Position numbers and translations under genes: made by a program. A stretch of 64,000 bases of DNA. Origin: Alphaproteobacteria bacterium (GTDB taxonomy: Bacteria; Pseudomonadota; Alphaproteobacteria; GCA-2731375). Below, piece after piece: positions 20,341 to 31,727 of the stretch (position 1 is the stretch's first letter; every line of letters begins with the position of its first letter). The notes beneath the pieces were generated by a model, which saw nothing but the letters and a program-made list of their open reading frames with translations, had not been told where the DNA came from and searched no databases. Location of the stretch: contig CBDDBZ010000037.1 of assembly GCA_965225945.1 (NCBI GenBank), positions 394,860 through 458,859 on the forward strand, read 5' to 3'.

Positions 20341-20514
20341 TGGCAAAGAACCCTGTTTTGCCCAGGTACCGTATAGGCACCGTTTTGTTTCCAAGTTGTG
20401 CGCAGCACTGCGCAGGGTGAAAGGTAAAGGTTCGGTTGGACCGGTATGGGGGTATGGGGGATGTAAGTGTTCGGCGAAGCCGTGGAATCGTCCGGCTGGC
20501 GCGCGAGGTCGGGG

Positions 20515-21173
20515 GCCACCGACGGCGGCGCCATCAGGGCATCTTGATCGCGGACAAACCGTTCCTCGATGCTCTCGCGATGGCCGCGCAGGATATCCGT
20601 TCCTCGTCTACGGCAGTGCGCCGCCAGATCGGCGTTGAAGGCGTCCCAGCTCTCGACGCGCGGGATCGGCACCATGAAGTTGCGCCGTGCGAGGCCGACC
20701 ATCCCTTCAACCTTGACTTTATCGTTGCCCTTGCCGGGCCGGCCGTAGCGGTCCTCGAACAGATAGTGGGATTGCAACTTGCTGAAGTCCTGCGTCCGTT
20801 GCCGCGTGCCGTCCTTCAGAATCCGCGCGACCAGGCGCTTGTCGTTGTCGTAGAGGATCGAGCGCGGCACGCCGCCGAAGAAGGCAAAGGCGCAAACATG
20901 GCCGTCCAACCAGGCTACCGTCGTCGCCGCCGGATAGGCCTTCACGAAGCACCTGTCGCTATGGGGAAGAGCCATCACGAAGAAATGGATCTTCCCCTCC
21001 ACGCCGGCGATGTACGCCTTGGCTTCCCCAAAATCCGCTTGCGCATGGCCGGGAGGGTGCGCCAGTGGCACGAACATCTCCCGCCGACGACGGCGGTGTT
21101 CGCGAACGTAGTCCTTGACGATGGTCTCCCCGCCCTCGAAGCCATGCTCGTCACGAAGACGCTCACGGATCCG
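20515..21173 (-). pseudogene. istA: IS21 IstA internal fragment
   Basis: RLRDEHGFEGGETIVKDYV...PPGHAQADFGEA...ILYDN...GNDKVKVEG; truncated at both ends. Confidence 0.85.
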
Positions 21174-22592
21174 TGTATCGCACCCGGTTCCTTGGACACA
21201 AGTTTGTCTCATGCGGCGGGCCTGAGTGACATCGCGGTGTGCCACGCCTGACGAGCTTGAGCGGGGCTCAGGTAGCCGTTCTTCTCCACGATCCACTGGG
21301 CATTGTACTGTTCGACGAACCCGCGGACGGCGTTCCGCAGCTCCGCGATGTTGCGGTAGATGCGGCCATGGATGATCTGTTCCTTGAGCGTGCGATTGAA
21401 CCTCTCGGCGACGCCGTTGGTCTGGGGCTGTTCGACGAAGGCGTAGGACGGCTGGATGCCCCAGAACTTGATCTGGTTGGTGAAGTGGTCCGACAGATAC
21501 TGGGAGCCGTGATCCATCCGCAAGGCCAGCCCCCGCGCCGCACCGCGGAGGTCGAGGCATACAGCCTCGCAAGCCCCATGGAGATTGGCTGAAGGGCGGC
21601 GAAGCGGTCGCCTCGCTTGCACACATGCCAGCCGACGCACTCGGCGTTCCAATGGCTCGATGGCGGTGAATATCCAGCCCCAGCCGTCGTCCACCGTGAA
21701 CACCCGAACGCCGTCCGTGCCCCACATGAGGTTGGGGGCATGGGTGATGATCTCACCGACATGGGGATTTCCGCCACGGCGGCGGCAGCGATGGGGCGAG
21801 AGCAGGTTGTTCTCGCGCATCACCCGGAGCACCGCTTGCGGGAAACACGGATGCCACGACAGACCCGAAGCCGAGCCCAGACCTTGCGGTGTCCCTCGCC
21901 CTCCCAGGGGGATGCCTCCAGGTCGGCCTCGATGGCCACCAGCAGAGCCTCGTCCGAGATCGAGGGCTTCGGTCCCCGGCGCTTTGCTGGTGGGCGCTCA
22001 GCGGTGGCCTGCTGCCGGGATTTCATGGCGTAGAACGAGGAACGGGCAAAACCCCAGGCCGCACAGACCCGCTGGAGGCCGTAGGCCAAACCCGTGCCGG
22101 GAGAGGTGGCGGCACTCATCGCCGCGACCTCCGCCGCCCCAAAGGGCCGGACGTCTCCGTCTTGGCCTCCAGCAGTTCCACCTGCATGATCAACTCCCCG
22201 ATCCGCTTCATGGCGATGTCCAGTTCCGCCTTTACCGGATCGCCCTTGCGTTCCTTGAGCGAGGCATCGATCCCGGCGATCGCCTTCTCACGCCACTGCT
22301 CGAGCCGGAAAATCTCCACGCCCAACTGCCGCGACAAAAGTTCCACCGGCTCGCCACGCAAAAGCCGCAGGGCAACCTCACGCTTGCGCGTCACCGTCCA
22401 CCGCTGCCAAGTCCCAGCGGGCCTGCCGGCGAAACCTGGCCCGGGGAAAACGTGGACGAGCCAAGCTCGCCCTCGTTTACCACAGGCCCATCAACAGCAA
22501 CTTTGTTCTCAAAATTGTCGGTCATGTTCCGGGTCCTCCTTGGACACTTCGATTAAGCCAATTCTGTGTCCAAGGAAATCGGGTCCGACTCA
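21174..22592 (-). mobile_element. IS3-family element with frameshifted orfA/orfB
   Basis: Ends TGTATCGCACCCGGTTCCTTGGACACA / TGTGTCCAAGGAAATCGGGTCCGACTCA; orfA around 22116-22526; orfB (WGTD, MDHGSQY, NGVAERFNRTLKE) split over several frames between 21209 and 22119. Confidence 0.8.
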
Positions 22593-22667
22593 CGGCGTCC
22601 AAAATTGACCCCCCTGGTTTTGTGATTTTTAACACACCTCGTTGTTTGGACAGACGAGGTGGGGGAG

Positions 22668-24181
22668 ATGCTGGTAGTGGAAACGATCGCACGGATCCGT
22701 CGGGATCATCTGGTGAGGGGCGTTCCGATCAAGAAGATCGCCCGGGATTTGAGGGTTTCGAAGAACACGGTGCGCAAGGTGGTGCGGGCGATGAGACCTC
22801 GTACAGCTACGAGCGCAAGATCCAGCCGATGCCGAAGCTTGGACCGTGGGTGGATGAGCTCGAGCGCCAGCTGGAGGCCAACGAGAAGAAGCCGCGCCGG
22901 GATCGGCTGTCTCTGCCGCGGCTTCATGAAGACCTTGCGGCTCTGGGCTATGGCGGCGGCTACGACGCAGTGCGCCGCTACGCCAGGACCTGGCGTCGGC
23001 GGTGGCGGCTGTTGTCGCCGTCGCAGGGTTTTGTGCCGCTGAGCTTCGATCCCGGCGAGGCCTACCAGTTCGACTGGAGCCACGAGTACGCGCGCCTGTC
23101 GGGTGTGACGACCAAGGTGAAGGCGGCGCACATGCGGCTCTGCTACAGCCGCATGCAGCTGGTTCAGATCTTCCCGCGCGAGAGCCAGGAGATGGTGTTC
23201 GAGGCGCACGAACGGGCCTTCCACTTCTTCGGCGGGGTCTGCCGGCGGGGCATCTACGACAACATGAAGACGGCGGTGAGCATGGTCTTCGTCGGCAAGG
23301 AGCGCGCCTACAACCGGCGCTTTCTGGAGCTGTGCTCCCACCATCTGGTGGAGCCGGTGGCGTGCACTCCGGGTGCGGGCTGGGAGAAGGGGCAGGTCGA
23401 GAGGCAGGTGGGTGACGTCCGCGGCCGCCTGTTCGTGCCCATCCCGCGGGGCCGCTCCTACGCCGAGATCAACGCGTGGCTGATGGATCGGTGTATCGAG
23501 GACGCCAAGAAGCGGCCGCATCCGACGATCGAGGGCAAGACGGTGTGGCAGGTGTTCGAGGAGGAGCGGCCCTTCCTGATGGCCTATCGCGGCCCCTTCG
23601 ACGGCTTCCATGCCACCGAGGTGGCGGTGTCCAAGACCTGTCTGGTGCGCTTCGACAACAACCACTACAGCGTCGCCGCACGTGCCGTCGGGCGGCCGGT
23701 CGACGTGCGGGCCTATGCCGATCGGATCGTCATCCACCAGGACGGCGAGACCGTCGCCGAGCATCCCCGGAGCTTCGGGCGCGGCGAGATCGCTTACGAT
23801 CCGTGGCACTACGTGCCGATCCTGACGCGGAAGCCTGGTGCGCTGAGGAACGGCGCGCCCTTCAAGGGCTGGCAACTGCCCGGCGCGCTCGGCCGCATAC
23901 GGGCCCGGCTGACGGGTTGCGACGACGGTGACAGGCAGTTCGTGAGGATCCTCGCGGCGGTTCAGGAGGACGGGCTGGAGGCGGTCGAGGCGGCCTGTGC
24001 CGAGGCGCTCGACTGCGGCGTCTGTAGCGCCGACGTCGTGCTCAACATCCTCGCCCGGCAGTGCCAGCCGGCACCGCCGGCGACCATCCCGACGCCCGAG
24101 GGCCTGCAGCTTCGCCACCGGCCGGTGGCCGACTGTCAGCGCTACGATCGCTTGAGGGAGGCCGGTCATGGAGCGTCATGA
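22668..24181 (+). pseudogene. istA: IS21 transposase IstA with a frameshift near 22790
   Basis: HTH MLVVETIARIRR...VSKNTVRKVVR in one frame; DETSYSYER...YQFDWS...YDNMKTAV...WEKGQVE in another. Confidence 0.85.
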
Positions 24182-24896
24182 GGTGCTGGCGATGATGACG
24201 GCGTTGAAGCTCGCGGGCATGCGCGCCGCCTACGACGACATCCTCGCCGACGGGCTCAAGCGTCGTCATCCGGTGCAGCAGATCATCGGTACGCTGCTGC
24301 AGGTCGAGATCGCCGACAAGACGGCGCGCTCGATCAAGTACCAGATGGCGTCCGCCAGGTTGCCAACGGCCAAGGAGCTGGCCGACTTCGACTTCGCCGC
24401 CTCGCCAGTCAACGAGCCCCTGATCCAGGAGCTCGCCGGCGGCGGCTTCCTGGAGGGCAAGCGCAACATCGTGCTGGTCGGCGGCACCGGCACCGGCAAG
24501 ACCCATCTCGCCGTCGCCATCGCGCGCTCCTGCATCCGCAAGGGCGCCCGGGGCCGCTGCTACAACGTCGTCGACCTGGTCAACCACCTCGAGGCCGAGC
24601 TCCGCGCCGGACGCCAGGGCCGCACCGCGGACCAGCTCGTACGCCGCGACTTCGTCATCCTCGACGAACTCGGCTACCTGCCCTTCGCCGAGGCCGGCGG
24701 GCAGCTGCTCTTCCACCTCATGAGCCGGCTCTACGAGCGCACCTCTATCGTCATCACCACCAACCTCGCCTTCGGCGAATGGCCATCCGTCTTCGGCGAC
24801 CCCAAGATGACCACCGCGCTGCTCGACCGTCTCACCCATCATTGCGAGATCATCGAGACCGGCAACGAGAGCTGGCGCTTCAAGAACCGCTCCTGA
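24168..24896 (+). CDS. istB: IS21 helper ATPase IstB
   Basis: [38 protein letters not shown]. Confidence 0.95.
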   Translation: MERHEVLAMMTALKLAGMRAAYDDILADGLKRRHPVQQIIGTLLQVEIADKTARSIKYQMASARLPTAKELADFDFAASPVNEPLIQELAGGGFLEGKRNIVLVGGTGTGKTHLAVAIARSCIRKGARGRCYNVVDLVNHLEAELRAGRQGRTADQLVRRDFVILDELGYLPFAEAGGQLLFHLMSRLYERTSIVITTNLAFGEWPSVFGDPKMTTALLDRLTHHCEIIETGNESWRFKNRS

Positions 24897-25098
24897 GCCG
24901 CCGCCGGCCGTGCCTGCGGCCCGGTTGCCCCGGTGGGTCAACAGGTACCCCCCGCGCGGCTTCGCTCCGCGTAGCGCAGGGCGCTACACGAAGCCGCGCG
25001 GGTCCCCCCTATTGACTACCGGGACAACCTCCGCCGTGCCGCTCAGGGGGGTCAATTTTGCACGCCGATCGGGGGTCAATATTGAAAGCCGTTTGACA

Positions 25099-25361
25099 GT
25101 CCGGACGGTGCAGCGGAACGTCAAGCGCTGGCGCAACGCCGAGATGGCGCTGCGTTGGACCGCCGCCGGCCTCTTGGAGGCGCAAAAGACCTTCCGCCGC
25201 CTCAAGGCCTACCGCCAGCTCCCCATCCTCGACGCCGCCCTGCGGGAGGCGGTGAGAAAGGCCGGAGCAAAGTCCGTCATTGAAGACATCGAGGTGGCCG
25301 CGTAGCCTCTCGATCAGACGATGCCTATCTCGCACTTTTCAACATTGGGTGGGACATCACC
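25099..25361 (+). pseudogene. IS256-family transposase C-terminal remnant with right end
   Basis: RNVKRWRNAEMALRWTAAGLLEAQKTFRRLKAY; end ttttcaacattgggtgggacatcacc. Confidence 0.7.
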
Positions 25362-25405
25362 CCGCCAACGGCATCTTCGGTAACCGACCTAATGGCTACT
25401 TGTCT

Positions 25406-26459
25406 TTCCGGAAGGGAATTATCCCGACTACTTGACATGCTCGGCGGGGTCGCCATGATGGGCGGATGGACTTGGAAAGGGAATAACAAAGAAAGGTTGA
25501 CGTCTACCAGTGGGGCGGGCAGAGTGCCACTCGGATTGGTGAGTGGATCATATGATGAAGTCCGGTGCGCAAAAAGTTCTCAAAGCCTTGTGGAGCCCAC
25601 TAGCCTTGGTCGGGCTCCTAATTGCGTTCGGCAAGCCAATTTGGAAGCTTGTCGAAATGGTTAGCGACCCAGATTTCCTTATGACCCATGCAAATAGCAT
25701 TGGGGATTTCTTGGACACTGGAATGGGAACCATTGTCCTCGTGATCATCGGGTTTGGGCTAGTCTTTCACGCCCTCTACAAAGCCAGAGGCACCGGGGAT
25801 GTGGCAGAGGCAGTCGATACTGCAGAAAAACCCAGCCAAGAAAGCGGGCCCCTGATACGCTCGCAGGAACCGTATGCCCCCCCTCTTCTCATGCGCATTT
25901 GTGGCCAACTATTCAGCCAGTCGAAATCTTCGTGCCAGATATCAAGTTGAGTGTTCCATCGACAGATAGCTTTCAACAGCAATTTGAGCGATACGATTCC
26001 TTCACGGTTGATGAGGCCATGAGCCTACTCTGCGAAGAGAACCCCCTGTTTACACCAATATTGGATACTTTTAGTTCTCTCAGCACGAAATAGTCCGTAG
26101 CGAAGTACCTCATCATCGCAGAATACAAGGCTGGCAATATAAGTCTAGACCACTTCAACAACCCGTCATACTACAGTGACGACTATAGGAAGTCACGAAT
26201 CTCGAAGGATGATGTGTTGGCCGTTGCAGACAAGATGTATGATCCCCCTGAGTACATGCTTTTTGAGGACGGAGGCAGCGATGGCTGAAGACGAAACAGA
26301 TGCTGGCGCAGGCCGTTTAGCTCGGCGGTATGCTGATATCAAAAGGAAGTGCCTTTACGCCCCGGAACCCGACGAAAGCCCGTTGCTGGCGATCAGACAC
26401 TCTGGATATGGGGAGTGATAGGGCGGATGTCAAGTAGTCGGGATAATTCCCTTCCGGAA
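25406..26459. repeat. Perfect 33-bp inverted repeat pair (25406-25438 / 26427-26459)
   Basis: ttccggaagggaattatcccgactacttgacat ... atgtcaagtagtcgggataattcccttccggaa. Confidence 0.9.
25552..26289 (+). pseudogene. Two-TM hypothetical membrane protein, apparently frameshifted with an internal stop
   Basis: Hydrophobic WSPLALVGLLIAFG and TIVLVIIGFGLVFHAL; protein-like continuation in the 25899 frame past TAG at 26091-26093. Confidence 0.4.
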
Positions 26460-26529
26460 CTCCGGAACCCCCGCCTTCTTCGCCGCGTCATGCTGTTCCA
26501 ACCGTTGTGTCGGGTACGCCCGCCAGCAC

Positions 26530-26667
26530 CTGCTGGTGATCGACGAGGTCGGATACCTGTCCTACAGCAACCGCCATGCCGATCTGCTGTTCAACATCGT
26601 CTCCAGCCGCAGCCAGCAGAACTCCACCATAATCACCACCAACCGGCCCTTCGCCGAGTGGGGTGAG
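26530..26667 (+). pseudogene. istB: IstB internal fragment
   Basis: LLVIDEVGYLSYSNRHADLLFNIVSSR...TIITTNRPFAEWGE. Confidence 0.75.
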
Positions 26668-27036
26668 GCCTCACGAGAAGGCCTGAACAGACTTTACACC
26701 GGGATGGTGACGGCGATCGTTGCGGGTTCTGTGCTCCTTCACCGCGTGGCGCCGCATTCCGATGCCATGTGGGTGCTGCCTGTACTCGGAATTGCGGTAT
26801 CCCTGTCCTGGATGATGTCGCTTCATTCGGTGACCGGGAGGCTGTCAGCCAAACATGCGGTGCTTATCGACCTGGAGTCGGAGTTGCCGTTCGACTTCCT
26901 CAAGCGCGAACAGGCCGAGTTCGAGAACCTGGGATTCGTCAGAAGGAAATGGAGCGGCATGCTGATGCCAGTGTCGTTTCTGGCCATTTCCAGCGGGTGG
27001 CTCGCAACACTGCTCGCCGAGCAGTTCTGCTCATAG
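26668..27036 (+). pseudogene. Small multi-TM membrane protein (TIR-associated effector type), 5'-truncated
   Basis: NRLYTGMVTAIVAGSVLL...WVLPVLGIAVSLSWMMSLHS...SAKHAVLIDLESELPF...; three hydrophobic segments; lies 23 bp upstream of the TIR gene. Confidence 0.55.
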
Positions 27037-27214
27037 CCGAGGTAGACAAGAGAACTGGAATGCACAAGGTGTTCATCAGCTACCACCATCATAAGGATCA
27101 GGAATACAAGGACCCTCTGGTGAAGTGCGGAACGGAAAACAAAATATTCGTCGACCAATCGGTGGACACCGGAGATATATCCGACGCGCTCAATGACGAA
27201 GCCATTCGAGAAAT

Positions 27215-28247
27215 ATCGCTTATGCACCAGCTTCCGGCCGGACCAACATGTTGTAGGTGAAGGGCTTGGTGCACACGGCGATGCCGAACAGCGAGCGGAA
27301 GGCGGCGTGGCGTGTCCGGCGCCGGTTGAAGCGGAACACGAACTCGTCGAGATAGCTTTGCAGGTGCTTGGCGCGCAGCCCGTGATAGACGCCGCGCGCC
27401 CAGCCCTTGAGATTGGAGAACACCTGATGGATCCAGGGCAGCACGAGGTGGGCGGCCATGGAACCGATGACGTGGGGATCGTGGGTCTCGACGGGGGCCG
27501 CGGCGTAGCCGGCCCAGCCGTCGGTCTTGGCGGTGCTGGCGGCGGCGATGTTGTGGCCGATGAAGCGGTTGAGGCTTTCGGCGCCGTAGGACGCGATCTC
27601 GGCCAGGCGCAGGCGGCCCGGCGCGTTGCCGTCGCCGACCTCGACGGCGCCGACGACGAGCAGCTTGCCGTCGTGGCTGCGCCCGGCGCCGCCGGCCACG
27701 GGATCATTCTTGGTGCGGAACGCCAGCGCGGTCTCGTCGACCTCGATGAGGCCCGACAACGGGTCGCGCTCGGGATCGACCATGGCTTTGCGCAGCTTGG
27801 CGGCGAGCAGCCAGGCGCTGCGATAAGAACCGATCCCGAGCTGGTTCTGGAGCTGCAGCGCCGCGATCCCGTTCGAATGCGTCGCCATCAGGTAGGCGGC
27901 CCAGAACCAGACGGTGAGCGCGAGCTTGCTGCCGTGCAGGATGGTCCCCGCCGTCACCGAGGTCTGGCGATGGCAGCGCGCGCACTCGAACGTGTGGGCC
28001 TTGCCGCGTAGCGCCCAGCCGTGATCATGACCGCAGCGCGGGCATTCGAAGCCCTCGGGCCAGCGCACCGAGGCGAGCCACGCCGCGCAGGCGTCGTCGT
28101 GCGGGAACATGCGTTGGAAGGCGATCAGACTGTCGGGGAAGCGATCCATGGGGCGGTTCCTGGTAATCGAACAAACCAGGAACAAACTATCCTACAACCA
28201 CGCCCAACGCAACATCTCGTGCCGCCGGAACGTCGTGCATAAGCGAT
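27215..28247 (-). mobile_element. IS1595 family element with 8-bp TSD
   Basis: IRs ATCGCTTATGCAC / GTGCATAAGCGAT; CGAGAAAT duplicated at 27207-27214 and 28248-28255. Confidence 0.93.
27220..28149 (-). CDS. IS1595 family transposase
   Basis: Zn ribbon CPRC...CARC, SVTAGT, IEVDET, KTDGW.GY, HLQSYLDEFVFRFNRR. Confidence 0.93.
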   Translation of the reverse strand: MDRFPDSLIAFQRMFPHDDACAAWLASVRWPEGFECPRCGHDHGWALRGKAHTFECARCHRQTSVTAGTILHGSKLALTVWFWAAYLMATHSNGIAALQLQNQLGIGSYRSAWLLAAKLRKAMVDPERDPLSGLIEVDETALAFRTKNDPVAGGAGRSHDGKLLVVGAVEVGDGNAPGRLRLAEIASYGAESLNRFIGHNIAAASTAKTDGWAGYAAAPVETHDPHVIGSMAAHLVLPWIHQVFSNLKGWARGVYHGLRAKHLQSYLDEFVFRFNRRRTRHAAFRSLFGIAVCTKPFTYNMLVRPEAGA

Positions 28248-28698
28248 CGAGAAATAATCCGTGACGAATATCTCCGGGATTCGACGGTGACGATTGTTTT
28301 GGTCGGCACCGAGACCAAGACCAGAAGCACGTTGACTGGGAGATTTACTCGAGTATGTTCGACGGTCGTCTAAACAAAAAATCTGGTATCCTGGTCATCA
28401 ACTTGCCGAGTATCGACAATGGCAAAGTGTGGGCAGCCCTTGGAGGGGAGGAGAAGTCGATCGTCTATCCGGACCTCAAGAGCTGGCAGCGCTGTTCGGG
28501 CAATGCGGAGTTCGAGGAGAAATTTCCGTACATGCCGCCACGTATTATCGAGAATCTGGTGAGCGGCGCCAGGATCTCGGTCGTTGGATGGGAAAGGTTG
28601 ACTGTCAGGCGGCTGAGTTATCTTCTCGATGCGACCTTTTCTCAGAGAAGCAGCTGCCAATACGACATGCGGACACCCCTGAGGCGACGGAACTCCTA

Positions 28699-29703
28699 GT
28701 GGATAAAATCTGACATTTGAATCCCGAGGGGGATTCCCGCCGGATTTTCTGTGTGCGAGTCTGGCTCATGCGCCCAGGAATCAGCATCATCTTGAGCCCT
28801 GCCGACCGTCGTCGTCTGGAGGCGCTCGTCGGGGACCGCAACGTCGCCCAGAAGCATGTTTGGCGCGCACGGATCGTACTGCACAGCGCTGATGGCATCG
28901 GCACCAATGGGATCATGCGCCGGACCGGCAAGTCGAAGACCTGCGTCTGGCGCTGGCAGGAGCGCTTCGCCCAAGAGGGCTACGACGGTCTGCTGCGCGA
29001 TAAGACACGGCCATCGCGCATCCCGCCGCTCGGCCCGGAGGTGGCCGAGCGGGTGGTCGCCCTGACGCTGAGCGACCCGCCCGCCGAGGCGACCCACTGG
29101 GTCGCCGCCATGATGGCCAAGGCGACCGGCATCAGCGTCAGCTCGGTGCAGCGCCTCTGGCGCGCACACGGGCTTCGGCCCCATCGGGTGCGGCAATTCA
29201 AGCTTTCGAACGATCCCGACTTCGTCGCCAAACTGCGCGATGTGGTCGGGCTCTACGTCGACCCGCCGGCCCACGCCATCGTGCTCTCGGTCGACGAAAA
29301 GTCGCAGATCCAGGCGCTCGACCGCACCCAGCCCGGCCTGCCGATGAAAAAGAGCCGTCTTGGCACCATGACCCACGACTACAAGCGGCATGGCACGACC
29401 ACCCTGTTCGCCGCCCACAAGCATGCCAAGGTGCGCGCCTGGCTCGGCCGCCACGAGCGCTTCACCTTCCACTTCGTGCCGACCTCCTGCTCCTGGCTCA
29501 ATGCCGTCGAGGGCTTCTTCGCGAAGCTCTCGAAGCGGCGCCTGAAACGCGGCGTCTTCCGCTCCATTGTCGACCTCCAGGTCGCCATCAACCGCTTCCT
29601 CGACGAGACCGACGACAACCCAAAGCCCTTCACCTGGACCGCCGATCCAGACAAAATCATCGCCGCCGTCAAACGAGGGCATCAAGTGTTAGATTCGATC
29701 CAC
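28699..29703 (+). mobile_element. IS630 family element (TA target) with an internally deleted transposase (28767-29706)
   Basis: TA|GTGGATAAAATCTGACATTTGA ... TCAAGTGTTAGATTCGATCCAC|TA; SVDEKSQIQAL, HDYKRHGTTTLFAA joined directly to HKHAKV, SWLNAVE. Confidence 0.88.
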
Positions 29704-30117
29704 TAGGGCGCTGTCGTCGCCGTCCGAACGCATGGCCCGCGTGATCAGGTGATCGGTGACGTCCTGGAAGTAGATCTCGAGCTCCGTGTGCAGCATGCTG
29801 AACTCCGGCCAGACCTCCCGGTCGAAGTCCCGTTCGCGGGCGCGCACCATGACCGTCGGCCGGTGTTGCCGCGCATACCGGAAGGGATGCACGCCGTGCT
29901 TGCGGCGGACCGCGATGAACAGCCTGACCGACCACATGTCGGGCAGCGAGAACTTCAGCTCGACCTCGGGTTCGCGATCCCCGTCCGAGGTGCCCAGGCG
30001 GCCTTGCAGCCGGTCCATCGCGGCCGCGGCGGCGGCCCGCTCCCCCGGACCGGCGGCCTCCCGGAACAGCGCTTCCACCTTGGCGAGTTTCGCCCTGAGC
30101 TCTTCGCCATTGATCAT
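29689..30117 (-). CDS. Conserved hypothetical protein, extreme C-terminus hit by IS630
   Basis: LRAKLAKVEALFREAAGPGERAAAAAAMDRL...FSLPDMWSVRLFIA...FRYARQ..TVMVR. Confidence 0.65.
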   Translation of the reverse strand: MINGEELRAKLAKVEALFREAAGPGERAAAAAAMDRLQGRLGTSDGDREPEVELKFSLPDMWSVRLFIAVRRKHGVHPFRYARQHRPTVMVRARERDFDREVWPEFSMLHTELEIYFQDVTDHLITRAMRSDGDDSALVDRI

Positions 30118-30456
30118 CGCAAACCGCCAGACCGGACCTCCGACAATACCAGCGAACCCGAGCTTCGCTGTCCATGCTGGAACCGCGGCAAAGAGGACCG
30201 GAACCCCGTCCATGACACATTGCGGACCGGTTTCGAGACGCTTCCCGACAGGGTACACGGGTTCGACTACAGTGCGCCGTCGGGGACACGATGCGGGGTT
30301 GCGGCCGGTGCGGAGCCGAAGCAGATCGATCTCAATCTCGGGATGTGATCGTCCATCCGACGCCCAAACCGGGCGCAATTTGGCAACCTGACCCGTGGCT
30401 GTCCGGGGCGAGCCCGGCAAGCCGCTTTCCGAAGTCCGGAATAATTGCGGCGCCGG

Positions 30457-30858
30457 CTATGCGAACGGCGCCACGCCTTCGGCCGCGGCCGCCTCGTTCA
30501 ACTGGCGGTCCAGGCTCGCCAGCGGGCAGCCTTCCCGGATCGCGAGAGCCAAATAGCTGGCGTCGTAGGCTGTCAGACGGTGACCGCGCGCCAGGGCCAT
30601 GACGCGATGGTCGTCCAACTCGCCCGGACTTTGGATGGGAAGGCGGCGGATCCGGGCCATGGAAGCGTCGGCATGGCGTTCGTCGATTCGCCCCCGGCGT
30701 TCGGCCGACAATAGCAGGTTGCGCAGCTCGTGCCAGAACAGGCTCGGAACCATCGCCGTCTCCTCGGCCAGCCGGTCGAGCGCCAGATCGGCCAGTGCCG
30801 CTTCCTCGTCCGGCAGCAGCCATGCGGCCGCGACCGAAGCGTCGGGCACGAAGGCCAT
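30457..30858 (-). CDS. vapC: VapC-family PIN toxin
   Basis: FVPDASVAAAW.LPDE...FWHELRN...LTAYDASYLALA...LASLD. Confidence 0.9.
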   Translation of the reverse strand: MAFVPDASVAAAWLLPDEEAALADLALDRLAEETAMVPSLFWHELRNLLLSAERRGRIDERHADASMARIRRLPIQSPGELDDHRVMALARGHRLTAYDASYLALAIREGCPLASLDRQLNEAAAAEGVAPFA

Positions 30859-31100
30859 CAGCGTGTGTGCCCCTCATGGCGCCAGGACAGGATCTCGGAC
30901 GTCGTCACGGCCTGCTGCCTGGACCGTTCCCGGCGCAGGGTCGCGCACAGCGCGGCATGGTCCTGTCCGCCATTGATCCCCGTGACGCGGGCGATCGGCG
31001 TCTGACCGCGGCAAATGACGAGATCCTCGCCGGCTTCCACTTCGGCCAGCAGCGCGGACAGGTGCGTCTTCGCCTCGCCGATCTTCACGTGACGCGTCAT
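30858..31100 (-). CDS. Phd/YefM-family antitoxin
   Basis: VKIGEAKTHLSALLAEVEAGEDLVICRGQTPIARV; TGATG coupling with vapC. Confidence 0.9.
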   Translation of the reverse strand: MTRHVKIGEAKTHLSALLAEVEAGEDLVICRGQTPIARVTGINGGQDHAALCATLRRERSRQQAVTTSEILSWRHEGHTR

Positions 31101-31524
31101 GTCTTGCGTACTCCTTAGTCCGGCCTCGTTCCGAAGGGGCAGGCCTGTATCGAGCCTGACCCCGGCTTCGGCCGGCATGCTAGGGTCGATACCCGGCTTG
31201 GTCAAGCGCTTGGTCTGTTTGAACGGCGGGCAGTTCGTGCCGCTCGGTCTCCAGCCGGTGCCGCGCGGCTTTTTCAGGTTTGCAACGCCACCAGACCAAT
31301 TCGCGCAAACGGCATCGCTGCCGACCACCCATCCGCGCTTCGCGTCATATGAGCGCGGCGCGATGCGCCCTGAATGTTGGATCGGCGGAGCCGCCGGCCG
31401 CGGCGCGCCGACGGATCGGAAGTGCCGCGGGTCCCGGATGCGGGCCTCGTCCGCCCCGGCCATGCGCGTGTCCTGTATCAGTCGGCTGTGGGGCTCGCGA
31501 GCCGCCGGCTCGCGCCCCTCCGAC

Positions 31525-31727
31525 GATGCCCCCGGGGAGTTGCCCGTCACATCAATGAAATTGTCCAGTGCCGACGCGCGATCACGGCGGACACTGCGCT
31601 GCGCATGGAGCGGGCGCTGGGCATGACGGCAGAGTCGTGGCTGGACCTGCAGCGGCTATACGATCTCGACCACGCACGAGCGGTGCTCGACGTCTCGGAT
31701 ATCGAACCGCTGGTTGCAACCGGCTAG
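31525..31727 (+). pseudogene. HigA-type antitoxin C-terminal fragment
   Basis: INEIVQCRRAITADTALRMERALGMTAESWLDLQRLYDL; no intact N-terminus or toxin partner seen. Confidence 0.7.

Larger units (their letters stand above)
22593..25098 (+). mobile_element. IS21 family element, left terminus clipped by the IS3 element
   Basis: Internal repeat aaaattgacccc at 22600; right end ggggtcaattttgcacgccgatcgggggtcaatattgaaagccgtttgaca. Confidence 0.85.
27060..28699 (+). pseudogene. ThsB-like (DUF1863/MTH538) TIR protein interrupted by IS1595 and frameshifted
   Basis: MHKVFISYHH.KDQEYK...DEAIRE|IS|IIRDEYLRDSTVTIVLVGTET[frameshift]KHVDWEIYSSMFDG...KSGILVINLP...RRRNS. Confidence 0.85.

Noticed and set aside
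20253-21725. 490-aa ORF ending in LVAGVGFEPTTFRL
   Set aside because: Chimera of out-of-frame IS3 sequence, an istA fragment and the antisense of the tRNA fragment.
26536-27036. Novel IstB-membrane protein fusion
   Set aside because: An internal istB scrap lacking Walker A is joined in frame to a truncated gene; best explained as a deletion junction.
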